DNA of 64,000 nt from Spirochaetia bacterium (GTDB taxonomy: Bacteria; Spirochaetota; Spirochaetia; UBA9216), in the NCBI GenBank assembly GCA_965140585.1, contig OZ223265.1, forward strand, positions 192,001 through 256,000, in the 5' to 3' direction. How positions within the stretch are numbered: the stretch's first letter is position 1; every line of letters starts with the position of its first letter. The notes beneath the pieces were generated by a model. The model was given only the letters and a program-made list of their open reading frames with translations, searched no databases and was not told the origin of the DNA. Both the position numbers and the translations under genes were made by a program. Positions 21,548 to 31,231 of this stretch are shown piece by piece.

Positions 21548-22966
21548 ATGAGTACAAACATAAGAAAACCTGACATGACACCGCAGAAAACCGCAATGCC
21601 GGCTCAGGCTCCGTCAGTCAGAATTGATAATTACAATGAGATTAAAACCGGTTATACCGCCGATCTGGCAGTAATGGAAGCTCTAAGATGCATGAACTGT
21701 CCCGGACAGTACTGCGCGGCAAACTGCCCTATTCATAACCCGATTCCGGAAATAAATAAAAAGATTAGTGAAAAGGATTTCGACGGAGCATGGGAACTGC
21801 TGAATTCGAACAGCCCCCTTCCCGAAGTCTGCAGCAGGGTCTGCGACCAGGCTAAGCAGTGTGAGAGTGAATGCTCCAGAAGCATAAAGCATGAATCAGT
21901 AAGCATTGGTGGACTGGAGCGCTTTCTGGCAGACAGATACGCCGGAAAAAATAACGGAATAAAAATAGCCCCCTCAACAGGAAAAAAGGCAGCCGTTATC
22001 GGCGCGGGGCCCGCCGGAATATCAGCGGCATGGGATCTTATGCGGAATGGACATGCTGTAACAGTTTTTGAAAAACAGGAAGAGCCCGGCGGACTGATGA
22101 TGTACGGAATTCCGAACATGAAGCTCGACAAGGAACTTCTGACAAAGCGTTTTGGTCTGATGAAAGAGATGGGTGTAAAATTCATCTGCTGCACCGAGGT
22201 TTCAAAGGATATTTCGGCAGCGGATCTGCTTAAGGGTTATGATGCGGTACTTGTTGCAATTGGAACTGCAGAAAGCAGAAAGCTTCAGATTCCCGGAAGT
22301 GACGCCGTGGGAATTATTCCTGCGGTTGAATACCTCAAAGCCGGCACTAAGAATGCTATCGAGGATGGATATGTTATTGATCCCGGGCTGAATGCTGCAG
22401 GAAAGAACGTAATAATAATCGGTGCCGGTGATACAGGGACAGACTGTCTGGGAACTGCTGTCCGTCAGGGTGCCGCCTCAGTTTACCAGTTTGAAATAAG
22501 CCCTAAACCGGATGTGGCTCCGGGAGCAGAAAAGCTGCCCTGGAAGGAATGGCCCAAAATCTTCAAGACTGAATACGGTCAGGAAGAAGCTATCAGCAAA
22601 TTCCATGAAGACCCGAGAATTTACAGCATCTTCACTGAAGAAATCATCAAAACCCCTGAAGGAACTGTTGAGGCTGTAAAAACAAAGGATTCCGAGGGTA
22701 CAGAAAAAACATGGAAGGCCGACATGGTCATTACAGCCATGGGTTTCACCGGTCCGGATACCGGAGTACTTAAAGAGCTTGGAATCAGGATCGACAAAAA
22801 GGGAAATATCTCTGCGGATGAAGATGACTACAGCACAGGTGTTGATAAAGTTTTTGCATGCGGTGATGCTCGACGCGGCCAGAGTATGGTTATCTGGGGA
22901 GTTGCGGAAGGAAAAGAGGCAGCAGCTTCGATTGACAGATATCTTTCAGCTGATTCCAAAAATTAA
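21548..22966 (+). CDS. GltD/NfnB-like Fe-S flavoprotein NAD(P)H oxidoreductase subunit (no gltB nearby)
   Basis: RCMNC..CAANCP, CSRVC..QCESEC, GAGPAG, GAGDTGTDC, GDARRGQSMVIW. Confidence 0.9.
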   Translation: MSTNIRKPDMTPQKTAMPAQAPSVRIDNYNEIKTGYTADLAVMEALRCMNCPGQYCAANCPIHNPIPEINKKISEKDFDGAWELLNSNSPLPEVCSRVCDQAKQCESECSRSIKHESVSIGGLERFLADRYAGKNNGIKIAPSTGKKAAVIGAGPAGISAAWDLMRNGHAVTVFEKQEEPGGLMMYGIPNMKLDKELLTKRFGLMKEMGVKFICCTEVSKDISAADLLKGYDAVLVAIGTAESRKLQIPGSDAVGIIPAVEYLKAGTKNAIEDGYVIDPGLNAAGKNVIIIGAGDTGTDCLGTAVRQGAASVYQFEISPKPDVAPGAEKLPWKEWPKIFKTEYGQEEAISKFHEDPRIYSIFTEEIIKTPEGTVEAVKTKDSEGTEKTWKADMVITAMGFTGPDTGVLKELGIRIDKKGNISADEDDYSTGVDKVFACGDARRGQSMVIWGVAEGKEAAASIDRYLSADSKN

Positions 22967-23008
22967 ATAATCAATTTGCTGTATCGATTATCCGGAACAG
23001 CTTCTACC

Positions 23009-24253
23009 CTAAAACGGGGCCGCCTGGCCCCGTTTTTTATTGCTGTATTCCAGTATCCTTAATGAAAAAATAAAAGAAAACATCTCATTTCCTTCATCAA
23101 TTCTGGTATCAAGCAATTCAAGACACCTGTTTATCCGGTATGATACAGTGTTCCTGTGAATTTTCATTATTTCCGCTGTTTTTGAAATACTGCGCAAAGA
23201 CTCGAGATACATGTGCAGTGTCGGAACAAGATCGGTCTTATGCTTGATGTCATAGTCCTCAAGAGCAAGAATTTTACGATGACAGAACTGCTTCAGATCA
23301 TACAGCCCGGACGCAGTATCAAACATATGGTATATGGAATTTTCGTTGTAGGCGAAATACAAACTGCCGTTTTTGAGCGTTGATGCAACATCGAGCATAC
23401 AGCGGGCCTGCTGAAAATGGTCATAAAGCTCGCTCAGATCGGGAAAGCTCCTGCTTATTCCGGCTATCAGGTTATGCTTCTTCAGAAGATCAGTCATCCC
23501 CGGATCCTCATTCTCCCAGTCGCTTATCCAGTTTTCTGAATTATAGACTCTGACTATCAGATTGTTGTAAATCATAGTCCTGCAGCAATTTGTATACTGA
23601 AAGGCGTGAATAATATCCTTGATAGGAGCGGTCTCCTGATCTTTCCTTGAACATATAACTATTACATAATTATAGGGGCGGCTGTTCCAGTCGAGAATTT
23701 TAATATATTCCTGCATGGCCTCACTAGGCACCTTTTCATTATTCAGAAGTCGGATAAGGAAGTTTTCAACAGATCTTTTATTTGATGAAATATTGTAATT
23801 TCTGCGTTGAAGCTGAACGATGGCATAGTAGGAAAGGATTTCCATCAGCTCAATATCTTCTTCTTTAAACGGCCTGCAGTAGGCCGGGGAGATCATTGTG
23901 CCTACATGGACACCGCCCACAGTGAGTGTTTTTATAAGCCTGGGAATAGGAAGATGGCTGTCTTCAACTATTACCGGGAGATGGCTTTTTATTGAGCCCA
24001 TATGGGCGGATTCAACCTCTTTAATCTGCGCCTGCCTAAGAGGCTGCTGACCGCCCTCATCGATGATAGTCTGTCTCCATGAAGGGTCTTCTATCTGAAC
24101 ATTTTTTGAATATGCAAGCTTGACCTGAGCCCTGTCTTCGATAAATACCGGGTTGCCAAGCACTTCGTAGGCCAGGTCTGCAATTCCCTGCAGAGAAGAA
24201 ATCTGCGTTCCCCTGCACAGCAGTGAACACAGCTCTTTTGTTTCTTCAACCAT
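23009..24253 (-). CDS. PucR/CdaR-family transcriptional regulator
   Basis: GAF-like N-terminus; C-terminal LVPTLHMYL...TAEIMKIHRNTVSYRI HTH. Confidence 0.92.
   Translation of the reverse strand: MVEETKELCSLLCRGTQISSLQGIADLAYEVLGNPVFIEDRAQVKLAYSKNVQIEDPSWRQTIIDEGGQQPLRQAQIKEVESAHMGSIKSHLPVIVEDSHLPIPRLIKTLTVGGVHVGTMISPAYCRPFKEEDIELMEILSYYAIVQLQRRNYNISSNKRSVENFLIRLLNNEKVPSEAMQEYIKILDWNSRPYNYVIVICSRKDQETAPIKDIIHAFQYTNCCRTMIYNNLIVRVYNSENWISDWENEDPGMTDLLKKHNLIAGISRSFPDLSELYDHFQQARCMLDVASTLKNGSLYFAYNENSIYHMFDTASGLYDLKQFCHRKILALEDYDIKHKTDLVPTLHMYLESLRSISKTAEIMKIHRNTVSYRINRCLELLDTRIDEGNEMFSFIFSLRILEYSNKKRGQAAPF
23011..23038 (+). terminator. intrinsic terminator of the flavoprotein-gltD-like operon, lying in the regulator 3' end
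   Basis: AAAACGGGGCC-GCCT-GGCCCCGTTTTTT. Confidence 0.75.
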
Positions 24254-24337
24254 CAGTGGACCTCCCGAATTCTATCATTACAAATGTCATATTGTATACA
24301 AGCAAACGATATCATATATGTAATCATCTATAAAGAT

Positions 24338-24368
24338 AAAAAAAAGGCACCGTATAAAAACGATGCCT
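24338..24368 (-). terminator. clpB terminator
   Basis: AGGCATCG-TTTTTATA-CGGTGCCT plus T run on the minus strand. Confidence 0.8.
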
Positions 24369-24389
24369 GAAAGTTCAGAATTATATATT

Positions 24390-26960
24390 TCAGCTGAATG
24401 AAAGAACTCCGTCAATCACAGATACATTAACCGTATCGCCTTCCTTTATTTCTCCGGCCAGCATTTTCTTTGCCATAGGGTTCTGCAGAAGATTCTGAAT
24501 GGTCCTCTTCAGCGGCCTTGCCCCGAAAGCAGGGTCGAAACCCTCCTTCGAAAGAAGATCAACTGCTTCATCACTTATCTGAAGGCTTATTTTCTTATCC
24601 TCAAGCCTCTTTATCAGAATTTTAAGCTGGATGCTTACGATCTTATGTATCTGATCCTGACCAAGCCGTTTGAATGAAATAATTTCATCGATGCGGTTAA
24701 GGAACTCCGGTTTGAAGGTCGACTTAAGCAGCCTGTCGATATCGCCCCGGACATCGTCAGGATTGTCAGCCTGAAGCAGCAGTTCGCTTCCGAGGTTGCT
24801 TGTCATGATAATGATCGCATTGCGGAAGTCCACTACCCTTCCCTGGCTGTCTGTAAGACGGCCGTCATCAAGCATCTGCAGGAGGATGTTGAATACATCA
24901 GGATGAGCCTTCTCAATTTCATCGAAAAGGACAACCGAATACGGTCTTCTCCTGACTGCTTCAGTCAGCTGTCCGCCCTCATCATAGCCGACATATCCCG
25001 GAGGGGCACCAATCAGTCTTGAGACCGAGAACTTCTCCATGTATTCGCTCATGTCGATTCTTGTTAGAGCCTTCTCATCACTGAACAGAAACTCGGCCAG
25101 AGTTTTTGCGAGCTCGGTCTTGCCTACGCCTGTTGGACCGATAAAGATGAATGAACCAAGCGGTCTTGAATCATCTGAAAGGCCGGTTTTGTTACGGCGG
25201 ATAGCATCCGAGACGGCTTCAATTGCAGTATCCTGACCTACGACTCTCTGCTCGAGTATCTCTTCAAGCTTAAGATACTTCTCCATTTCAGATGCAAGCA
25301 TCTTTGAAACGGGGATTCCGGTCCATGTTGAAACAACGCGGGCGATATCCTCTTCTTCGACTTCCTCACGCAGGAGACTGTTCCCCTTCTGCAGCCCCTC
25401 AAGAGCCTCGCTTTTTTCCTTAATAAGGGCCTGTTTTCCAGGTATAAGACCATGCTTTATTTCAGCAGCCCTGCTGAGATTACCTTCACGCTCGTAACGC
25501 ACTTCATCTATTTTGAGCTCTTCGAGTTCGGCTTTAAGGGCCCGGATCTCATCGATTATATTCTTCTCATTCTGCCACTGCAGAAACATAGCATCACGCT
25601 TTGTTTTGAGTTTAGAAAGGTCCTTCTCGATATTCTTCAGTCTTTCAGCCGAGGCATCGTCTTCTTCGCGGGAAAGTGCCTGCTTCTCAATATTGAGCTG
25701 CAGAATCTTTCGCTCAATCTGGTCAAGTTCGGTCGGCTGGCTTTCAATCTCCATCTTTAGCCGGCTTGCCGCCTCATCAACCAGATCGATGGCCTTATCA
25801 GGCAGAAACCGCGATGTGACATAGCGGTCGGAAAGGACTGCGGCTGCAATTAGAGCTTCATCCTTGATCCGTACACCGTGGTGGACTTCGTAACGCTCCT
25901 GCAGTCCGCGGAGAATTGAAATTGAGTCCTCAACCGAGGGTTCCTTTGTGAATACCGGCTGAAAACGCCTTTCAAGCGCCGGGTCTTTTTCTATGTGCTT
26001 GCGGTATTCGTCGAGGGTTGTAGCGCCCACTGCATGAAGTTCTCCGCGTGCGAGTGCGGGCTTCAGGAGGTTTGACGCGTCGGTAGAGCCTTCGGCCGCA
26101 CCTGCGCCCACGAGGGTATGAAGCTCATCAATAAAGAGGATGATTTCGCCCTCAGCCTCGGCAATCTCTGCGATTACAGCCTTGAGCCTTTCCTCAAACT
26201 CTCCACGGAATTTAGCGCCTGCGATAAGGGCACCGAGATCCAATGCAAGCAGCTTCTTGTTCTTGAGAGAATCGGGGACATCCCCGGATATAATCCGTCC
26301 TGCAAGGCCCTCGGCAATAGCAGTCTTACCTACTCCTGGTTCACCGATGAGAACGGGGTTATTCTTTGTCCTTCTGGAAAGAACCTGCATTACACGCCGG
26401 ATTTCTTCATCGCGCCCGATTACCGGGTCAAGTTTTCCTTTCTTTGCCAGCTCTGTGAGGTCTTTGCAGTATTTCTGCAGAACCTGGTATCTTTCTTCTG
26501 GGTTCTGATCTGTTACACGCTGGTTTCCTCTTAGAGCTTTGAGTGACCCCAGCACTGCATCACGGCTTACGCCTGCTCTTTTAAGAACGGCCGCCGTCTG
26601 ACTGTCTGTACCAAGAATACTCAGCAGGATATGTTCAGAGCTGGTAAACTCATCCTTCAGTTTATGGGATTCCTTTTCAGCCTGGGCAATAACATTGCTC
26701 AGGGCAGGAACAAGCCCTACCTGGGCGCTGTCGCCGTAAACCTTAGGTGTTTTTTCCAGAATCTGTTCAATTTCAGAGAGAATTATCGCCTTATCGGCTC
26801 CGATCCGGTCAAGGAGGGGCGGGATAACACCCCCTTCCTGCTCTAACAGAGCCTTGAAGAAATGAGGTATATCTATCCCTGTATGGTTATAGTCTCTAGC
26901 AATTGAATCCGCTTCCTGGAGCGCTTCCTGTACCTTAAGAGTTAATTTATCGTATCTCAT
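24390..26960 (-). CDS. clpB: ATP-dependent chaperone ClpB
   Basis: Two AAA modules ([16 protein letters not shown]), long coiled-coil M domain, GYVGYDEGG. Confidence 0.98.
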   Translation of the reverse strand: MRYDKLTLKVQEALQEADSIARDYNHTGIDIPHFFKALLEQEGGVIPPLLDRIGADKAIILSEIEQILEKTPKVYGDSAQVGLVPALSNVIAQAEKESHKLKDEFTSSEHILLSILGTDSQTAAVLKRAGVSRDAVLGSLKALRGNQRVTDQNPEERYQVLQKYCKDLTELAKKGKLDPVIGRDEEIRRVMQVLSRRTKNNPVLIGEPGVGKTAIAEGLAGRIISGDVPDSLKNKKLLALDLGALIAGAKFRGEFEERLKAVIAEIAEAEGEIILFIDELHTLVGAGAAEGSTDASNLLKPALARGELHAVGATTLDEYRKHIEKDPALERRFQPVFTKEPSVEDSISILRGLQERYEVHHGVRIKDEALIAAAVLSDRYVTSRFLPDKAIDLVDEAASRLKMEIESQPTELDQIERKILQLNIEKQALSREEDDASAERLKNIEKDLSKLKTKRDAMFLQWQNEKNIIDEIRALKAELEELKIDEVRYEREGNLSRAAEIKHGLIPGKQALIKEKSEALEGLQKGNSLLREEVEEEDIARVVSTWTGIPVSKMLASEMEKYLKLEEILEQRVVGQDTAIEAVSDAIRRNKTGLSDDSRPLGSFIFIGPTGVGKTELAKTLAEFLFSDEKALTRIDMSEYMEKFSVSRLIGAPPGYVGYDEGGQLTEAVRRRPYSVVLFDEIEKAHPDVFNILLQMLDDGRLTDSQGRVVDFRNAIIIMTSNLGSELLLQADNPDDVRGDIDRLLKSTFKPEFLNRIDEIISFKRLGQDQIHKIVSIQLKILIKRLEDKKISLQISDEAVDLLSKEGFDPAFGARPLKRTIQNLLQNPMAKKMLAGEIKEGDTVNVSVIDGVLSFS

Positions 26961-26966
26961 AATGAT

Positions 26967-27054
26967 AAAATAATTAGAAGTTTAGAAAGCGTCAAATAAT
27001 TTTATTTTGATAATAAATAAAGTTCTTTACAAAGCATGTACGGCATAATATGTT
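26967..27054. promoter_or_regulatory. back-to-back sigma70 promoters, probably leaderless
   Basis: Minus: TTGACG-N17-TATTTT-N6-ATG (clpB). Plus: TTTACA-N17-TATGTT-N6-GTG (PrsW). No SD for either. Confidence 0.6.
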
Positions 27055-27060
27055 TCTTAG

Positions 27061-27726
27061 GTGACAATCCTTATTGTAAACATACTTCTGGCAGTTATTC
27101 CCGCGGTGCTTCTGATGATTTATTTCTATCGGAAGGATAAGAAGCCTGAACCGGCTGTACTTATCTGGAAGGTTTTTATAATAGGATTTTTCTCTGTCAT
27201 TCCTGCCGGACTGATCGAACATTTTATCGAGCCGTTTACCTACATCAGCGATCCTCTAACAGCTATATTTGCCAGAGCCTTCATTATGGCGGCGCTTGTT
27301 GAAGAAACGACAAAGCTTCTAGTTGTAAAAACCTTTGTTTATAATAAACCGCAGTTTGATGAGATTACAGACGGGGTTGTGTACGCAATTACCGCAAGTA
27401 TGGGTTTTGCCTGCTTTGAAAACATACTCTACAGCTCCGGAGGAACAGCAGTGGTTTTGGTAAGGGCATTCACTGCCGTACCTCTGCATGCAGTTGCCTC
27501 GGGAATAATGGGCTACTATATTGGACTCAGCAAGTTCAGACAGAAGAAGGATATGTATGCCGGACTGATTTACGCGGTTATAATTCACGGGCTTTACGAT
27601 TTTTTCCTTTTCACAGGAACGGTGCTCAGTTTCCTGGTTATTCCACTGCTTCTGATATGCGGAATAATCCTTAAAAAACTGCTTAACCGGGCGATTCAGT
27701 CCGACCTGTTAAACGGCCGCAGCTGA
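27061..27726 (+). CDS. PrsW-family glutamic intramembrane protease
   Basis: D-x-x-P-E-P, VEETTK, GFACFEN, PLHA and HGLYD motifs. Confidence 0.92.
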   Translation: MTILIVNILLAVIPAVLLMIYFYRKDKKPEPAVLIWKVFIIGFFSVIPAGLIEHFIEPFTYISDPLTAIFARAFIMAALVEETTKLLVVKTFVYNKPQFDEITDGVVYAITASMGFACFENILYSSGGTAVVLVRAFTAVPLHAVASGIMGYYIGLSKFRQKKDMYAGLIYAVIIHGLYDFFLFTGTVLSFLVIPLLLICGIILKKLLNRAIQSDLLNGRS

Positions 27727-27771
27727 GTATCCACCGTTTAAAAACTATTTAATTCTTTTTACAGGAAATGG

Positions 27772-27800
27772 TTGACAGAATCCCGTAATACCATTATATT
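27772..27800 (+). promoter_or_regulatory. sigma70 promoter of tRNA-fMet
   Basis: TTGACA-N17-TATATT. Confidence 0.85.
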
Positions 27801-27815
27801 CCTCATACACTACGA

Positions 27816-27888
27816 CGCAGGGTAGAGCAGCTGGCAGCTCGTCGGGCTCATAACCCGGAGGTCGCAGGTTCGAATCCTGTCCCTGCTA
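27816..27888 (+). tRNA. initiator tRNA-fMet (CAT)
   Basis: Cloverleaf with C1:T72 mismatch and three G-C pairs in the anticodon stem (GGG-CTCATAA-CCC). Confidence 0.97.
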
Positions 27889-28067
27889 AATTGTTTAACG
27901 GTTGTCCCTAATAAGGATGACCGTTTTTTTATGTCAGATTCGAACCGGAATGAGCGCCGAGCGAAAGCGGGGGAAGTCCGACACGAAGTCGGACGCCAGC
28001 GAATGAAGGCGGCCTGGAATGTTGAGGCAGGAGGCCGAGACATGTAAGGCGAATCCTGTCCCTGCTA
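27871..28067 (+). mobile_element. 179-bp non-coding element integrated at the tRNA-fMet 3' end
   Basis: 18-bp direct repeat CGAATCCTGTCCCTGCTA at 27871-27888 and 28050-28067; each copy is followed by its own terminator; GC-rich hairpins inside. Confidence 0.75.
27897..27930 (+). terminator. terminator after tRNA-fMet
   Basis: AACGGTTGTCC-CTAATAA-GGATGACCGTT plus T run. Confidence 0.8.
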
Positions 28068-28074
28068 TAGTTTG

Positions 28075-28108
28075 AAGTTTATTCGGTTTTGACGAATAAA
28101 CTTTTTTT
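28075..28108 (+). terminator. second terminator, after the duplicated tRNA 3' end
   Basis: AAGTTTATTCG-GTTTTGA-CGAATAAACTT plus T run. Confidence 0.75.
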
Positions 28109-28131
28109 ATACCCTGAAACAAAGAGGTAGT

Positions 28132-28575
28132 ATGAAATATCCTGAAGTAACAGTAAGTGCCGTAATCTTTAATCCGGAAAACGAAATTTTACTCTGCAGA
28201 TCTCATAAATGGGATAACAAATATATAATTCCCGGAGGACATGTAGAGTATGGTGAAAAACTTGAAGAAGCATTGAAACGAGAGATTCTTGAAGAAACCG
28301 GTTTATCTATATTTAACATCAAGCTGCTGGGAATTAAGGAATGTTTTTACAGCAATGAATTTTATAAGGACAGACATTTCATTTTTATTGACTACAGATG
28401 CGACTCAAAAAGCTCGGACGTTATTCTGAATGATGAAGCGGAAGAATATGTCTGGACAAAATTATCAGATTTTTCAAAATATGAATTAGGCGGATTCACC
28501 GGCTCTCTGCTGAAGAAATTAACAGAAAAAGGTGATCATTCAAATTTAGAAAGTATTTATTATAACTACGATTAG
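28132..28575 (+). CDS. NUDIX hydrolase
   Basis: Nudix box GGHVEYGEKLEEALKREILEETG. Confidence 0.93.
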   Translation: MKYPEVTVSAVIFNPENEILLCRSHKWDNKYIIPGGHVEYGEKLEEALKREILEETGLSIFNIKLLGIKECFYSNEFYKDRHFIFIDYRCDSKSSDVILNDEAEEYVWTKLSDFSKYELGGFTGSLLKKLTEKGDHSNLESIYYNYD

Positions 28576-28751
28576 AAAAACTCCTATAGAAAATCCTGGA
28601 ACAGTAGATACCCGAATCTGCAGTATTCTTGTAATACGATAAATTTACAAGAATCTATCATTTTGAGTCTAATTATGAATAATAATCAATTTTTCAGATA
28701 AAAACTTGAACACCTTTATCTCATTTCCTATCATTGTAAAAAGGTGTAAAT

Positions 28752-30665
28752 ATGAGTGTCCTTGATAAAATTCAATTTAAATCGAAATTAATTCTCATTC
28801 TCATTCTTCCTGTAATCGGTGTCATATACTTCTCATTTTCATCAATCACCGAAAAAATCAATATATATACCGAAATGAAGACACTTGAGCAGCTGACTGA
28901 TTTTGCGGTGAGGATAAGCGCGCTGGTTCATGAAACACAGAAAGAAAGAGGCCGCACCGCGGGATTTCTGGGAGCGTCGGGTACAGAATTCAGGGAAGAG
29001 CTTACTGCTCAGCGCAAGCTCACAGATGGCCGGCTTGCAGAGTACAGGGATTTTCTGCATGGTTTCAATTTAAGACGATTCGATCAGGATCTCACCGAGC
29101 TTCTGTCCGCTATTGAAACAGATTTATCAAAACTTGAAACAATCAGAAGCAGTGTTGATGGACTCAGCATAAAATCTGCTGATGCAATAGACTACTATAC
29201 TGCCATGAACGCAAAGCTGCTTGAGATAATAAGCTTCGGTGCAAAAATCAGTACCGAGGGAGAAATTTCAGCACGGCTGTTTGCCTATGTTAACTTTCTA
29301 CAGGCTAAAGAACGGGCTGGAATTGAGAGAGCGGTTCTTTCAAATACCTTTGCAGCAGATTCATTCGGCCCGGGGATGTTTGAAAAACTGGTTTCACTGA
29401 TAGCAAATCAGGAAGTATTTATTAATAATTTTATCAGCACGGCATCACATGAAGATTTAAAAATCTATAATGAACTGATTAAGCATCCGTCATTCGGTGA
29501 GGTTGAAAGCATGCGTGCTATAGCCATGAACAAATACGGTGAGGGAAATTTTGGAATATCTCCGACATTCTGGTTTGATACAATTACCATGAAAATCAAT
29601 CAGCTGAAACTGATCGATAATGCACTGGCGGAGAATCTGAAACAGAAGGCATCTGAGTTGAAGGCTAATGCAAGATTTATACTGATCAGTTTAAGTATAT
29701 TTACACTGGCTGTACTTCTGATAACTTTTTTTATTTCAGTTTTCTTTATAAAAAATATGCTTTTGCAGCTGGGCGGTGAACCCGGAGAAATTGAAGATAT
29801 AACACATTTCATTAAAAATGGTGATTTAAGCTTCAATTATGACAAAAGCCGAAACCTTTCAGGAGTTTACAAGAATACAATCGACATGGTTGAGAAGCTC
29901 AAGGAAGTTATCTCATCAACCCTGACCGCAGCAGAACAGGTAGCAACCTCAAGTGCGGAAATAGCAAAGGGAAATCAGGACCTCTCACTCAGAACAGAGC
30001 AGCAGGCAGCTGCGCTTGAAGAAACCTCATCAGCTATGGAAGAGATGGCATCTTCTGTGCGGCATAATGCAGATCATACCGAAAAAGCAGTGAAACTGGC
30101 GGATATTGCGCTGGACAGATCAGCAAAAGGTTCAGAATCTGTAGAGATGCTGAAGACATCAATGAATGAAATAAGTAAATCAAGTGTTCAGATTTCGGCC
30201 ATACTTGAAGTAATAAACAGCATAGCTTTTCAGACGAACCTGCTTGCTTTAAATGCTTCTATTGAAGCCGCTAGAGCCGGAGTACACGGTAAGGGCTTTG
30301 CAGTGGTGGCAGTTGAGGTAAGAAAACTTGCTAAGCGCTCCAATAATGCAGCTGCGGAGATTGGTAAAATTATCAAAACCAGCGGGAAGAAAACAAGCGA
30401 GGGAGTGGATATATCAGAAAGTACTGCAAAAGTTCTAACAGAAATTGACAACTCATTCAGGCAGGTAAATGAACATGTCGGTGAAATATCTACAGCTTTA
30501 AAACAGCAGCTTGCAAGTATTGAACAGATAGATTCAGCCTTACAGTCGCTTGATGAAAATACTCAGAAAAATGCAGCACTCGTGGAACAGGCCGCAACTT
30601 CTACAGACAGACTGTCCGGAGAAGCCGGAACACTGAATGCTACCATGAAATTTTTCAAAATCTAA
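28752..30665 (+). CDS. methyl-accepting chemotaxis protein with NIT (nitrate/nitrite-sensing) domain
   Basis: Two TM helices; [10 protein letters not shown] and [13 protein letters not shown] motifs; [17 protein letters not shown] signalling tip. Confidence 0.92.
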   Translation: MSVLDKIQFKSKLILILILPVIGVIYFSFSSITEKINIYTEMKTLEQLTDFAVRISALVHETQKERGRTAGFLGASGTEFREELTAQRKLTDGRLAEYRDFLHGFNLRRFDQDLTELLSAIETDLSKLETIRSSVDGLSIKSADAIDYYTAMNAKLLEIISFGAKISTEGEISARLFAYVNFLQAKERAGIERAVLSNTFAADSFGPGMFEKLVSLIANQEVFINNFISTASHEDLKIYNELIKHPSFGEVESMRAIAMNKYGEGNFGISPTFWFDTITMKINQLKLIDNALAENLKQKASELKANARFILISLSIFTLAVLLITFFISVFFIKNMLLQLGGEPGEIEDITHFIKNGDLSFNYDKSRNLSGVYKNTIDMVEKLKEVISSTLTAAEQVATSSAEIAKGNQDLSLRTEQQAAALEETSSAMEEMASSVRHNADHTEKAVKLADIALDRSAKGSESVEMLKTSMNEISKSSVQISAILEVINSIAFQTNLLALNASIEAARAGVHGKGFAVVAVEVRKLAKRSNNAAAEIGKIIKTSGKKTSEGVDISESTAKVLTEIDNSFRQVNEHVGEISTALKQQLASIEQIDSALQSLDENTQKNAALVEQAATSTDRLSGEAGTLNATMKFFKI

Positions 30666-30694
30666 GGCATTAAAGCCGTCGGCAGATTTTCAGA

Positions 30695-31057
30695 CTAAAC
30701 TTCCAAATCCATCTCAAGAGACAGCTTTTCCTGGTGGCTGATAAAATCACGCAGCATTACCTTTGCACGCTCAGTCATATTATTAACTTCAAGACCCATT
30801 AAAAGTGAGGGCTGCTTTTTTCTTATCCACACAGGTTTACCGGTAATATTAAGCAGATCCATAGGATTATCCATGCGGCATAGATACAGATCGAAAAGTC
30901 CGGTATCTTCCACTGGTATGGAGTCTTCATTGAAGTGAATTTTCAGCCCCGAGAGTGAAATATCATCAACCCCGCCTATCTGACGATGATTGCTTCTGGA
31001 CCTGAGGTATATAGGCCATTCAATATGTGTGCGTTTGTCTTTTCTTCTCTCTTCCAT
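30695..31057 (-). CDS. PilZ domain protein
   Basis: ERRKDKR (RxxxR) and DISLSG (DxSxxG) c-di-GMP-binding motifs. Confidence 0.88.
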   Translation of the reverse strand: MEERRKDKRTHIEWPIYLRSRSNHRQIGGVDDISLSGLKIHFNEDSIPVEDTGLFDLYLCRMDNPMDLLNITGKPVWIRKKQPSLLMGLEVNNMTERAKVMLRDFISHQEKLSLEMDLEV

Positions 31058-31231
31058 AGCATCCCTCCGTCTTCTACTAATAGCATAAAGGATGAATAAT
31101 CTGAAAACAAGTTAAAATTCGATAACGTTGGGGAATCGGTTCGGTTTTAATTGCATCAGGCCGGTTTATGGGTTAAATTTTAATTATCAGGCAAATTCAT
31201 TCCTTTACTGCATTAGCGGAAGGAGAGACTT

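Noticed and set aside
21548-22966. Calling this gene gltD of glutamate synthase
   Set aside because: No large subunit nearby and it is coupled to a ferredoxin-flavoprotein, so the symbol was withheld.
27810-28122. Minus-strand ORFs of 77 and 62 aa as a possible mini-integrase or toxin
   Set aside because: They overlap the tRNA and the GC-rich hairpins and have no recognisable motif.
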